Source: a virus
Length of the DNA stretch: 64,000 bases
Reading direction: 5' to 3' (one strand)
Virus record (IMG/VR): IMGVR_UViG_3300031992_000005
Coordinates: 1-64,000 of that record
The number at the start of each line of letters is the position of its first letter. The first letter of the stretch is position 1. This document shows, in pieces, positions 35,955 to 45,779 of the stretch. The position numbers and the translations under genes are program-made. The notes under the pieces were generated by a model, which was given only the letters and a program-made list of their open reading frames with translations, had not been told where the DNA came from and made no database searches.

Positions 35955-36356
35955 TTAAATAATTATTGCTAATAAGATGCCCAATACAAATCCTCCTCCT
36001 GCACCTAAGACAGTTTTGAAGAAAGATTTTTTCTTAAGCTTTTCATTTTCTTGATATAATCTCTTAGACTGATCTAAGTAATATTCTTCTTTAATTCTCT
36101 CTCTTTCCTGGATCTCTACGATAATAGAGTCCTTTATTCCAAGCTGTTCATCTTTTATAGTTAAGAGGGAGTCCATTATAACACTTTCTCTCATTCTATA
36201 CTCCCAATCTGCAATAATACCATTAATTGTTTTTAATTCTTGTGGTGTTATTGTAATAAGAGTATCTATGCCGATGACAACTTTTTTCTGTGAATATAAA
36301 GAAGAAGGGATAAAAAGAAAAGCTAAGAGAATAGTAATCATCCTAATAGTTTTCAT
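35955..36356 (-). CDS. secreted or membrane coiled-coil protein
   Basis: 133 aa with an N-terminal signal-like segment, a coiled-coil-like middle and a C-terminal TM. Confidence 0.55.
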   Translation of the reverse strand: MKTIRMITILLAFLFIPSSLYSQKKVVIGIDTLITITPQELKTINGIIADWEYRMRESVIMDSLLTIKDEQLGIKDSIIVEIQERERIKEEYYLDQSKRLYQENEKLKKKSFFKTVLGAGGGFVLGILLAIII

Positions 36357-36666
36357 ACTCTCTTAGTTTTTTCCCGAGATATTTTACTGCATCATCGGTA
36401 GATAGGTTTTTCACTTGTTCTATTTCTACCCCTCTTTGGCTCTCGAGTATCCAAAGGGCTTCTTTCAATGCATTGTTCATTAATTCTAGGCTATCTCCTC
36501 TCCTACTGAGAGAATCAATTCTATCATTCTCCTTTTGTACCAGGGAGTCAGGTATAATTATATCCCCTGGCATTACTGGTTTAGGTTGGTAGATTCCTTT
36601 ACCAAGGAGGAATCCACCAATCATACCCAATATGAAGGAACTTATAATTTTAAGATACTTCTTCAT
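36343..36666 (-). CDS. membrane-anchored coiled-coil protein
   Basis: 107 aa with an N-terminal TM (IISSFILGMIGGFLLG). Confidence 0.55.
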   Translation of the reverse strand: MKKYLKIISSFILGMIGGFLLGKGIYQPKPVMPGDIIIPDSLVQKENDRIDSLSRRGDSLELMNNALKEALWILESQRGVEIEQVKNLSTDDAVKYLGKKLREYENY

Positions 36667-37237
36667 TAGCTTCAGTCACATATATTCCTATTCTATATTC
36701 GATCCCATCTTTCTTGAGGTAATTTACATAGTTATGAAATATTCTATAGTCTTTTTCTCCATCTCTTTGGATCATATGTGAATCCCAGCCATTAGATTCT
36801 GTTAATCTGGTTGCCAGGTATTCCAACTTATGAACCTTAGGACCATACTCAGTGAGAAGTTCTAGGCTAGAATTAGGATTCATTTTATCCTTCATTTCTT
36901 CAAGTTCCTTATAAACTTCTTCCTTAGTCATAATATTAGATGGAAATTCCTCCAACTTATATTGTTTTGGATCCGTCTGATTAGTAACAGTATTAATAAA
37001 TTGATCTCCTACTTTCTTACTGCTAATCTCCGCCAGGACTGCATTATAGTTTTTATTACCATTAATGAAATCCTTTATGTCAGTTAGAGTTTTCAGACTA
37101 GTTGTCATTCCAAGGCTAACAAATACGCCTAGGGGTCTTGTTAAATCTTTTCCATCTTCACTATTAACGTAAAAAGTTTTATACGTGGGCTGGTAAAATA
37201 ACTTTACCAGCTCATGTACCTTATCTCTATTAATCAT
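36650..37237 (-). CDS. hypothetical protein
   Basis: 195-aa ORF. Confidence 0.6.
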   Translation of the reverse strand: MINRDKVHELVKLFYQPTYKTFYVNSEDGKDLTRPLGVFVSLGMTTSLKTLTDIKDFINGNKNYNAVLAEISSKKVGDQFINTVTNQTDPKQYKLEEFPSNIMTKEEVYKELEEMKDKMNPNSSLELLTEYGPKVHKLEYLATRLTESNGWDSHMIQRDGEKDYRIFHNYVNYLKKDGIEYRIGIYVTEANEEVS

Positions 37238-37249
37238 TTTTCTATAGTT

Positions 37250-39040
37250 TTAATCCGCATATGAGCGATTGAAATTCTTTACAATGAAATTCGGCGCCCA
37301 TGTAAAGTTGTTATTGTAGTTAGACCTTCCATAATTGAAGCCATACACTGTATACTTAGGCATGTTCTTCAATACGTCGTTCCATTCTTCCAGATAATCT
37401 TCAAAGTCACTAACTACGATCAGTATAGAATCGGGTCTGTAGTTTTCCTTGAAGTACTGAATACCACGAGCTAGTCTTGTTCCACCACCAGAATGAATCT
37501 TTTCTACTCTTTCACCAGCTTTGATATTTCTGATATGTTCACCCATCCTAGTATTCCAAGTGATGATATCATATAGAAGACCCCTATTGATTGATCGCAT
37601 CTTTCTTGAAATGGTAGCTAAGATTCTGTCAATCAGAACAGTATCCATAGAGCCTGAGATATCAATAAGATATACAATCTTTGGTTTCGTATTGATACTG
37701 AACTTTGGTGTAATGGATGGAACTATAGCCGATCGAATCTTTCCGAGGTTATAGTTTCTCATAACGCTTCTCTCGAAACTGATCTTAAGAACTCTTGATC
37801 GAGTCTTATTAATCACTTCCTCAATAGCATCGTCAACTGGATCTTGCTTAGTAGTTATTCTTACACCGTCAGATCCACCTGAGCTTCCACAACCTGCTCC
37901 TCCACCGGCAGTAATTTGACCTAGTTCACGTGATTTATCTGCAGCGTCACGTTCTGTAGTTCTATGATCCTTATGAGTTCCTCCAGAAAGTTCCATGAAG
38001 TTCGAATCTCTCTTTCCAATGTACTTACTTAGTGCGTCTTTTCCGTTTTCCTTAAAACCACCAGAATTGCTGGTATCATTACCACTAGCACCTCCATTAG
38101 AACCAGAGTTTTGATCTCCCTGTTGATCCTGACCAGATTGTCCTTGACCATCCTGACCATCTTCGATCATACCAAGCTGTCTCATCATATCAGTCAAGCT
38201 TGTCATGCCATTTCCAAGTGCTTGAGCCAATTCATCATCTGTAACGCTGCTAGTATCTCCATTACCGCCGGAGCTAATACTAACCAACATCTTCACAAAC
38301 TGACTTATGTTCTTGATAATCAGAATCAGGTATTCAGGATAAGTTAAGCCAATTGGGAATGGACTACCATCCGAAAGATGATAGAAACTAGGGTGCATAA
38401 ACTTGATCTTAGCTTCTTTGGCCATCTTATCCAGGAGTTCATCAATCTTTTTCTTAATATGATCTGGAACGTTTTCTTGATCTCTAATTCCCTTTAATAC
38501 CTCTTCCTCCACTTTTGGTAGGGTTGAAGTTACTCCATTCTGCATAGTTTCAATACAGTCTAAGTCAAGAATCACTGAGTTAACTTCAAAATCCATTGCA
38601 ATATTATGGAGGGAGTGATTGAGAACTGGATCATCTATGATTCGATTAATCAGATCTTCCGCAAAATCAATCTTACATTCATTATTAATTCGATCGATTA
38701 ATTCTCCTCTATAGATTTTCAGAACACTTGCTACTTTTCTATCAAGCTCTTCATAAATACCATCAAGATGTGCAAGATAGATGTGACCATACTCATGCAT
38801 CTTAATGAAGTATTCAGTAGTTTGAAGAAGCTTATCATTGCCATCTTTATCCAACTTGGCTACAACCACATTATACAATGTTTTTCCTCCACTTGCATCT
38901 GCAAATTTCCAGGAGTAACCAAGTTCTGGATTATAAGGATCAAACGGCTTATTTAAGTTTTCTATTAACCGATACTGACCCCTATTGTAAGCTCTTTTAA
39001 CCAGGTTTTCAATAGGTCTGAGCTCATTAACAGTTTTCAT
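37250..39040 (-). CDS. VWA-domain protein with N-terminal HExxH metallopeptidase-like domain (DUF2201-like)
   Basis: 596 aa. HEYGHIYLAH (HExxH), a central G/Q/S/D low-complexity linker, and a C-terminal IVYLIDISGSMD MIDAS (DxSxS) motif. Confidence 0.8.
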   Translation of the reverse strand: MKTVNELRPIENLVKRAYNRGQYRLIENLNKPFDPYNPELGYSWKFADASGGKTLYNVVVAKLDKDGNDKLLQTTEYFIKMHEYGHIYLAHLDGIYEELDRKVASVLKIYRGELIDRINNECKIDFAEDLINRIIDDPVLNHSLHNIAMDFEVNSVILDLDCIETMQNGVTSTLPKVEEEVLKGIRDQENVPDHIKKKIDELLDKMAKEAKIKFMHPSFYHLSDGSPFPIGLTYPEYLILIIKNISQFVKMLVSISSGGNGDTSSVTDDELAQALGNGMTSLTDMMRQLGMIEDGQDGQGQSGQDQQGDQNSGSNGGASGNDTSNSGGFKENGKDALSKYIGKRDSNFMELSGGTHKDHRTTERDAADKSRELGQITAGGGAGCGSSGGSDGVRITTKQDPVDDAIEEVINKTRSRVLKISFERSVMRNYNLGKIRSAIVPSITPKFSINTKPKIVYLIDISGSMDTVLIDRILATISRKMRSINRGLLYDIITWNTRMGEHIRNIKAGERVEKIHSGGGTRLARGIQYFKENYRPDSILIVVSDFEDYLEEWNDVLKNMPKYTVYGFNYGRSNYNNNFTWAPNFIVKNFNRSYAD

Positions 39041-39102
39041 AATTTTTCTATGTATTTAAAGAATTAACCCCAAGAGTTAATACCCCTGGGGTTCAAATGT
39101 TT

Positions 39103-40881
39103 TTACATAATGTCAGGGAATGTTGCTACCAAGTCTGGGCAACTTCTCTGAAGGCCTTTTTTAGTCATCTTAAGATGAGTACTGCACTGTCTACAATCAG
39201 AACGAAGATCGTTCAATGTAGTCTTAACTGTTGCAGGATACTTCTTCGACGGATCTGTAATCAAAGCACCAATCTCAGTAACAAGAGCATTCAAGTTATT
39301 CCAAGCATGGATCTTGCCAATATAGTCCTCTGGATTTGCCTTGATTTCATCAATCAAGTTACCACCGTTAGAACTACTGATCTTATTGGAAATGGACTTC
39401 GTAATCGTGCTCTTGATACTGCTGCAGATCTTTGAAATGATATCTTCGTCGAGTGGACGATCAATCGTATCAATTTCCTTGTCTGCACGAAGCTCCTTAA
39501 TCTTATTGGTGAGAATATTCATATCACCAATCGAGAATACCGTTCTTGTCTCATTCCCGATGAATGAGCGGAAGAATTCCTGATATTCTGGAAGCTTATT
39601 GCTCGTCATCTTTTCGATATCGTTCGAAGTATCACAGATGTTCATAAAGAATCGATCTGTCAGGATATTTCTTACAACCTCCCTAGTCTTAGGATCTCTT
39701 GTCAATCCAAGACCAATAGTACCGTTGATAATATTCTTAAAATTATCAGACATCAAACCTTCCTTTCCGAAGCAAGCATAACATGCTACAGCTGCATCAA
39801 GGAGATAGTTGAGCGTACGATACGTTGTGAGATTGCTAAGTGGCTCATCCACCTCATTTGTATCGGAATAAATATCCTTCATACTTGTGACATTGAAGTC
39901 AAGCAAACCTTCCTTCTGGAGAGCTTTTGCTTCTGTATTCAGGTTATTCTCGATATATTCACCCGCCTTATGAAGGAAATCTTCATCCAATGGCTTTTCT
40001 TGTGCCATAAGAGCACTCATAGATTTCTTGATCTCTTCAAATAGATCAATTCTCTTACCTGCAAGTGATCCCTGATACTTGCACAGATAATGATCAAGAT
40101 CATTAGCCTTTGGCTGGATATTGAATATGATGAAGCGGTTCAACATTGGAGCCAGAACTGTCATTTCATCTGACAGGTTTTCCGCATAATTACCGGCAGC
40201 TACAATTAATGTATCATCTGGCAATAACTCATCATGACATTTTCTATCGAACACTAGGTTTAGGGCTGCACCTTGAGTCTGTGGATTTGCTGTAGTCAAC
40301 TCATCAAGGAAGAGGAGAGTTTTCTTACCCTGCTCTTTGTTCTTGAGAATCTTCTGAAACCAAGATGGTCTGATATGCTTAGCTGAAGCATGATCATCGT
40401 TGGTCAACGCCTGTACGTTCGCAGACCCCTTCTTCGTAAGATCTTCAACCATCTTGTGGAATTCAGCGGTTGCAAATTCATTGAACTTTGCCTTGAACTC
40501 CTCAGGAATATTGTAATCTGAGCAAGAATCATCGATAAACTTCAAAAAACTGCCTTTTAAGGATTTCAATGAATGGGCAAACTGTTCTGTTGTTTTACAA
40601 ACTGCCTTATTGATTTCCTCTCCGCTAGTTTCAGATTTTACAGTGTCATAACCCGTAATAGTGTCTGGAGTTTCATTACTGATTCGAAGCAATACTAGCT
40701 CGTAATCATTAATTTCGGCAAAGAGCTTGACAGCAGTACTTTTTCCTACACCAATATTGCTAATAAGCAGGATGTTAGGAATGTCTATTGATCGGTCCTT
40801 TGCTCTCATCTCCATACATTTACGTGTGATTTGTAACGCGTAAAAGATGTTCGTGTCGATTGAATTGTTAAAATTAACCAT
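39103..40881 (-). CDS. MoxR/AAA_5-like AAA+ ATPase
   Basis: 592 aa. Walker A NIGVGKSTA, Walker B TLLFLDELT, sensor VAAGN and MLNRF, plus a long C-terminal extension. Confidence 0.8.
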   Translation of the reverse strand: MVNFNNSIDTNIFYALQITRKCMEMRAKDRSIDIPNILLISNIGVGKSTAVKLFAEINDYELVLLRISNETPDTITGYDTVKSETSGEEINKAVCKTTEQFAHSLKSLKGSFLKFIDDSCSDYNIPEEFKAKFNEFATAEFHKMVEDLTKKGSANVQALTNDDHASAKHIRPSWFQKILKNKEQGKKTLLFLDELTTANPQTQGAALNLVFDRKCHDELLPDDTLIVAAGNYAENLSDEMTVLAPMLNRFIIFNIQPKANDLDHYLCKYQGSLAGKRIDLFEEIKKSMSALMAQEKPLDEDFLHKAGEYIENNLNTEAKALQKEGLLDFNVTSMKDIYSDTNEVDEPLSNLTTYRTLNYLLDAAVACYACFGKEGLMSDNFKNIINGTIGLGLTRDPKTREVVRNILTDRFFMNICDTSNDIEKMTSNKLPEYQEFFRSFIGNETRTVFSIGDMNILTNKIKELRADKEIDTIDRPLDEDIISKICSSIKSTITKSISNKISSSNGGNLIDEIKANPEDYIGKIHAWNNLNALVTEIGALITDPSKKYPATVKTTLNDLRSDCRQCSTHLKMTKKGLQRSCPDLVATFPDIM

Positions 40882-40923
40882 TTTTCTTACAACTTGAATT
40901 TTTTAATTTAAAATTAAACATGA

Positions 40924-40950
40924 GTTATCATATATAAGATTTTAACGGGG
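40924..40950 (-). promoter_or_regulatory. phage promoter-like motif
   Basis: Coding strand reads CCCCGTTAAAATCTTATATATGATAAC, upstream of the AAA+ ATPase gene. Confidence 0.55.
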
Positions 40951-40968
40951 TTATATATGCAAAAATGC

Positions 40969-40993
40969 AAATAAAAAGGGGGAATATCCCCCT
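40969..40993 (-). terminator. intrinsic terminator
   Basis: GGGGG/CCCCC stem within AGGGGGAATATCCCCCT, followed by TTTTTATTT on the minus strand. Confidence 0.65.
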
Positions 40994-40996
40994 ATT

Positions 40997-41890
40997 TTAC
41001 TCTAATACGTACTTTCCGTCTCTGAGATTATATACATCGATATAATCCATTCCTGCTTCTCTGGCGGAACAGATATCTCGATTGCTTAATCCCCATCTAC
41101 CAGTACAGATACCTATGAAAATTGTATTTTGTTGTGGAATCTTTAAGTTATCCAATACTTTCATTAGGATATCTGCTCTTGGAGAAGTTTCATCTGTATA
41201 TCTTATGAAAAGTACATTTTCTTTCGGAATACGCAGATAAGAACTAAGACATAATGATACATAATTGAGTAGTACGGTAGAAGATGTACTATCTTCCACT
41301 AGTCTCTTTAAATCCTTGTCGCTGACTAATATACCAAGTGTCGTTAATCCAAAGCTTCCAATTCTACTCCAGATATCAAGCTTGGGAATTAGGTCATAGA
41401 TTCCTCTCGGGAATATTCTTGGTCTTCCTCTACTATCAGATGATTCATATAAGCAGTCCAAAAAATTTGTTACAACAAAGGATTTTATTGGTACTGTACC
41501 TTCTACTTTTACTGTAGTATTATCTGTAGTTGAACTAACATTACTACTACTACTGTAGTAGCCATTAGGAGAGGCGTTCTTCCAATTTTTATAGGAATTT
41601 GTAGATCCTTCCATCTCCCAAGGGCCAGGATCATTAGGATTATTCCCGCCGGGAGATCCTACTCCAAAATTAGGTCCTCTTCCTTTATTACCTTCTACAA
41701 AAATATTATTTGTCATTGACGAATCTTTTTTCGTTTCCTCATATTCCAGACGATCTAGTTCTCGTTCAATAGCGATTTCGTCTTCGTCCATCAACTCCTC
41801 TAGACCATCACTTCCATCTTCCGTTGGATGTAAGCTTTCTGCCATTATCCCTGTATAATCTGGAGGTAAATACTTTAGAGGCTCGCTCAT
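40997..41890 (-). CDS. hypothetical protein
   Basis: 297 aa with an acidic N-terminus and a G/N/S-rich middle. The C-terminal approx. 150 aa is faintly HAD-like but lacks a clear DxDxT. Confidence 0.6.
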   Translation of the reverse strand: MSEPLKYLPPDYTGIMAESLHPTEDGSDGLEELMDEDEIAIERELDRLEYEETKKDSSMTNNIFVEGNKGRGPNFGVGSPGGNNPNDPGPWEMEGSTNSYKNWKNASPNGYYSSSSNVSSTTDNTTVKVEGTVPIKSFVVTNFLDCLYESSDSRGRPRIFPRGIYDLIPKLDIWSRIGSFGLTTLGILVSDKDLKRLVEDSTSSTVLLNYVSLCLSSYLRIPKENVLFIRYTDETSPRADILMKVLDNLKIPQQNTIFIGICTGRWGLSNRDICSAREAGMDYIDVYNLRDGKYVLE

Positions 41891-41892
41891 TC

Positions 41893-42474
41893 TTAGTTAG
41901 AATTAGATTCGACTTTAAGCTGCTCTTCACTACTTGGTGAATCTGCCATTGGATTTTTATCCTTCTTGATCAGCTTATTAGCCAGTTCAATATCATAGTC
42001 TTCATTTTCAAAGACTTGAGCTAACCAGCAGAATTCATTAGTGGATTTACACTCCGATTTATCTTCCCTATAAGATGCGCATGTACCCGGACATAATTTA
42101 TCAATTATCTCAGGGATACTAACGAGCATTTTCTCTTTAATGGCCTTCTGATAAAGGTCTGGAATAATATCGGGGTAAGCCTTTTCAATGGACATTGGTG
42201 CAGGTACAAAGTGATTTAATTCCACATCCCTTTCCGATACGTTGTCCACATTTCCCAGATCGCTACATAAATCCATATAACTTCTTTCTGGGTCGCTTGG
42301 ATCTCTTGGATCTGGGTAAGTCCTGCACTTCTTTTCTCCGTAAGGGCAAACGGCTGTACAAGCTGCACATTTCATTTCGTTTAGCTTGTCAGTATCAACT
42401 CCAATAAATTCTTGATAACGATCTCCAAACGGAGTACTAACCTTAACCATTCTAGGTTTCATCAACTTCGACAT
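41893..42474 (-). CDS. hypothetical Cys-rich protein
   Basis: 193 aa. Contains CAACTAVCPYGEKKC and CPGTCASYREDKSEC clusters. Confidence 0.6.
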   Translation of the reverse strand: MSKLMKPRMVKVSTPFGDRYQEFIGVDTDKLNEMKCAACTAVCPYGEKKCRTYPDPRDPSDPERSYMDLCSDLGNVDNVSERDVELNHFVPAPMSIEKAYPDIIPDLYQKAIKEKMLVSIPEIIDKLCPGTCASYREDKSECKSTNEFCWLAQVFENEDYDIELANKLIKKDKNPMADSPSSEEQLKVESNSN

Positions 42475-42492
42475 ATATTTTAAATTTTAAAA

Positions 42493-42513
42493 GTACATTT
42501 ATAAGGATTTCGG
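42493..42513 (-). promoter_or_regulatory. phage promoter-like motif
   Basis: Coding strand reads CCGAAATCCTTATAAATGTAC, directly after the stop of 42515-44047 with no terminator in between. Confidence 0.45.
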
Positions 42514-42514
42514 C

Positions 42515-44047
42515 TTATTGAATATTTACTTCTCTAAGCTTCCACTTAACTGTAGCCATGTAAGAGGAATCTCCGAGGATAGGGACTTTACATTCGATAT
42601 CTTCAATGTAAGGCGAATGGTGATCCTTCTTGAAATTCACTGTTTTGGAGATGATCATTCTGAGAGTTAGGTACTTCAGAGAATCACTGCATGCGCGAAG
42701 CTTCTTTGACCAAAATTCCAAATCCTTACCTTGTTCATTAACCTTATCAAGAATCCACTTGAGTTGACTTGACTTATTCTTTGACAAGAAATTGCCTACT
42801 TCCCCAGTCTTGATATAACTTACTATGGCCTCCTGGATTTTTGCTGTATCCGAAGGAACGTTGTTAATATAAGTTATCAATGCCGTGGAGAATTTCTTTG
42901 GTAATTCTGCATCAACTGAAACTGCGTTTGATGGATAGAACTTCTTGCCATAGATACCAAGGCTTTCTAGGAACTGTATCTGAGGATCAATCTTCTTTTC
43001 GCCTTTATTCATATCCTCAATAGTCTCGTAGTATTGTACAGCAATCTTAGAGACATATTCGCTTACCTTAGCCATAGCTAACTGATTAGCATAAAGCTTT
43101 CCAATCTTAGTCTTTTCTATGATAGGAAGCTTTGTCAGATCAACTGTATCTCCTACAAGAACCTTCATACTATGAAGTTTTTTCTTGAGAGAAGGATCAC
43201 TGAGTCTTACTTTCAGCTTATTGATGTTCAATACACCATCGCTGACAACGTTGATTGTTCTGATACAAGTCAAACCCTTTCCAGCTTCTTTACTGATGCC
43301 AAGGTTGTTGTCTGGAACATCAACGTCGACAAATGTTCTGTAGGAAAGCGAGAGATTAGCCCTTTGCTTATTGCCCATGACACTTATTACAGTTTTCCAA
43401 GGACAATTGTCAAACTTTACATTATCTGGAAGTTTAACTTTGCTATCCGTAACACGCACAAATCCTTCAATAGAAACTTCTGCATGATCCTTTGCCAGGT
43501 CTTGGAGAAGTGAGAATACACTATACTTACTATTACAACTTCCGTAAGTCACTGGGTACTTTACTTTCTCAGCCAAGATGTTCAGTTTAAGATTCTCTTG
43601 ATTATTTTGAATATAGAGAGCCAACCCTTCCTTTAGCAACTGGAATTGTTTTTCTCCATACGCTCTATTGAAAGATGTAATAAGGTCATCGTCTTTCGTA
43701 GACAAGAACAGTGATTCCATCAAGCTCAAGTACTTAATAGGTAATCCTATGATTGTTCGCAGAATAACCAATAATTCTGCATTGTTGTGGAGATTCTGTC
43801 TTTTAGGTTCTCCTGCTTTTATCTCTGTGATAAGATAAAAAACAGATACATTAGCTAAAGGCAGCATCTCCCCTTTCAGGGGAACAAATCGAATATTATT
43901 ACCCCCTTCGCCAACAGTAATGGCGAATTTGTACATAAGACTACCTCTATTTTCCACTCGATAGAGGCCATTCTCGTTAACTACATGGTAAACTGATAGC
44001 TTAATTTTACTATCTCTTACCTTAAATTCATTCGTTTTTGTTACCAT
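42515..44047 (-). CDS. hypothetical protein
   Basis: 510-aa ORF. It shares its first 8 codons (MVTKTNEF), leader and promoter with gltX upstream. Confidence 0.7.
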   Translation of the reverse strand: MVTKTNEFKVRDSKIKLSVYHVVNENGLYRVENRGSLMYKFAITVGEGGNNIRFVPLKGEMLPLANVSVFYLITEIKAGEPKRQNLHNNAELLVILRTIIGLPIKYLSLMESLFLSTKDDDLITSFNRAYGEKQFQLLKEGLALYIQNNQENLKLNILAEKVKYPVTYGSCNSKYSVFSLLQDLAKDHAEVSIEGFVRVTDSKVKLPDNVKFDNCPWKTVISVMGNKQRANLSLSYRTFVDVDVPDNNLGISKEAGKGLTCIRTINVVSDGVLNINKLKVRLSDPSLKKKLHSMKVLVGDTVDLTKLPIIEKTKIGKLYANQLAMAKVSEYVSKIAVQYYETIEDMNKGEKKIDPQIQFLESLGIYGKKFYPSNAVSVDAELPKKFSTALITYINNVPSDTAKIQEAIVSYIKTGEVGNFLSKNKSSQLKWILDKVNEQGKDLEFWSKKLRACSDSLKYLTLRMIISKTVNFKKDHHSPYIEDIECKVPILGDSSYMATVKWKLREVNIQ

Positions 44048-44108
44048 TTTTCTAGTAATTATTATGAATTAAACAATATAACATTCAAATATAAAGAGTT
44101 TAAGGCTT
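44014..44108 (-). repeat. duplicated promoter / leader / first-codons cassette, copy A
   Basis: Matches 45691-45779: a 29-nt block with 1 mismatch, a short variable segment, then a 39-nt block with 2 mismatches. Includes MVTKTNEF(-)KVR codons and an AGTTTAAGGC...TATAAAGAG promoter-like motif. Confidence 0.9.
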
Positions 44109-44146
44109 AGATACTGCAGCTCTTTCTATCGTATTTTCATTGCAAC

Positions 44147-45727
44147 TTATCTCAGTTGCGCAATAGCATTTTTCATGCGCTTAATGGTTTCTTCCTTGCC
44201 AAGAAAAGCTGCCAACTCATACATATCAGGTCCCTGTCCTGTTCCCACCAAGCAAACACGCCAAGCGTTCCAAGGCTTGAATCCATGTGCCTCCGTCCAT
44301 GCTTCAATCATTTTCTTCAGACTTTCAACAGAGAAGTCATCAAGTGATTCGAGCACACCAATAAGCTCATCCATCTCCATAGCAGTTGTTTCTTTCCAGT
44401 TCTTGCGGACAAACTTATCTTCCTTGTTGTATATTTCAGGAGTTACAAAGAAGAACTTAGTCAGCGGCCAAAGGTCACTGATGAAGCTTACATTCCTCTT
44501 CTTCTTGTTGCCGTCGTTGTCAACATATTCAATCACTTTCTGTTTCATCATCTCCACGACTTGCGCTTCCTGCTGAGGCGTGGATTCAATGCCATTAGCA
44601 CGAAGAATCTTATTAAATTCAGGAACCCACTCCTCCGCTGGCTTTTTGAGTATATACTGGTGATTGAACCAAATGCTCTTCATGTAGTCAAAATGCGCAC
44701 CACACTTTGAGCACTTACTGAGATCGAACCTCTCAATAAGTTCATCCATCGACATTAATTCCTGGTCGTTACCTGGATTCCAACCAAAGAGAGCCAAGAA
44801 ATTGACTAATGCCTCTGGCAGGTAGCCTTTTTCACGATAGCCTGGACTAACCTCTCCCGACTTAGGGTCGTGCCATTCAAGAGGGAACACAGGAAATCCC
44901 AGTTTATCGCCATCGCGCTTTGAGAGTTTTCCATTACCCATACCCACTGGCTTGAGAATCAATGGTAAATGAGCAAAGCGTGGCATTGTGTTCTGCCAAC
45001 CAAATGCTTCATAGAGCAGCACGTGAAGTGGAGCCGAAGGCAACCATTCCTCACCACGAATAACGTGGGAAATCTTCATTAAGTGGTCATCCACAATGTT
45101 TGCCAAGTGATAAGTAGGCAATTCATCAGCACTCTTGTAGAGTACCTTGTCGTCGAGGATACTGCTGTTAATGCTTACATCGCCACGAATCAAGTCATCC
45201 ACATGCACATCACGTCCTGGCTCAATCTTAAAACGAACCACATACTGTTTGCCGTCAGCAATCAGTGCATCCACTTCTTCCTTACTGAGAGTGAGAGAAT
45301 TACGCATCATCATGCGGGTTTTGGCATCGTATTGGAAGTTCTCTATTTCCTGACGCTTAGCATCAAGTTCCTCGGGTGTGTCGAAAGCAAGATAAGCTTT
45401 GCCATCGTCAAGCAACTGCTGTACATATTTCTTATAGATGTCACGGCGTTCACTTTGGCGATATGGGCCATAGTTGCCACCAAAGGAAACACCTTCATCG
45501 AATTTGATTCCTAACCAATTGAACGACTCAATGATATACTCTTCAGCTCCTGGAACAAAACGATTGGAATCGGTGTCTTCGATACGGAAAATCAAGTCAC
45601 CACCATGTTGTTTTGCGAACAAGTAATTGTAGAGAGCTGTGCGAACCCCACCAATGTGCAGAGGTCCTGTTGGGCTGGGTGCAAAACGCACTCTTACCTT
45701 ATTAAATTCATTTGTTTTTGTTACCAT
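44147..45727 (-). CDS. gltX: glutamate--tRNA ligase (GluRS)
   Basis: 526 aa. [16 protein letters not shown] (HIGH motif), FRIEDTD and GKLSKRDG (KMSKS). It is full length including the anticodon-binding region. The N-terminal approx. 130 aa closely resembles Bacteroides GltX as I remember it. Visibly more G+C-rich than the phage background. Confidence 0.93.
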   Translation of the reverse strand: MVTKTNEFNKVRVRFAPSPTGPLHIGGVRTALYNYLFAKQHGGDLIFRIEDTDSNRFVPGAEEYIIESFNWLGIKFDEGVSFGGNYGPYRQSERRDIYKKYVQQLLDDGKAYLAFDTPEELDAKRQEIENFQYDAKTRMMMRNSLTLSKEEVDALIADGKQYVVRFKIEPGRDVHVDDLIRGDVSINSSILDDKVLYKSADELPTYHLANIVDDHLMKISHVIRGEEWLPSAPLHVLLYEAFGWQNTMPRFAHLPLILKPVGMGNGKLSKRDGDKLGFPVFPLEWHDPKSGEVSPGYREKGYLPEALVNFLALFGWNPGNDQELMSMDELIERFDLSKCSKCGAHFDYMKSIWFNHQYILKKPAEEWVPEFNKILRANGIESTPQQEAQVVEMMKQKVIEYVDNDGNKKKRNVSFISDLWPLTKFFFVTPEIYNKEDKFVRKNWKETTAMEMDELIGVLESLDDFSVESLKKMIEAWTEAHGFKPWNAWRVCLVGTGQGPDMYELAAFLGKEETIKRMKNAIAQLR

Positions 45728-45779
45728 TTTTATTATTAATTAAACAATATAACATTCAAGTATAAAGAGTTTAAAGCTT
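45691..45779 (-). repeat. duplicated promoter / leader / first-codons cassette, copy B (drives gltX)
   Basis: See copy A. It has one extra codon (Asn) after MVTKTNEF. Confidence 0.9.
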
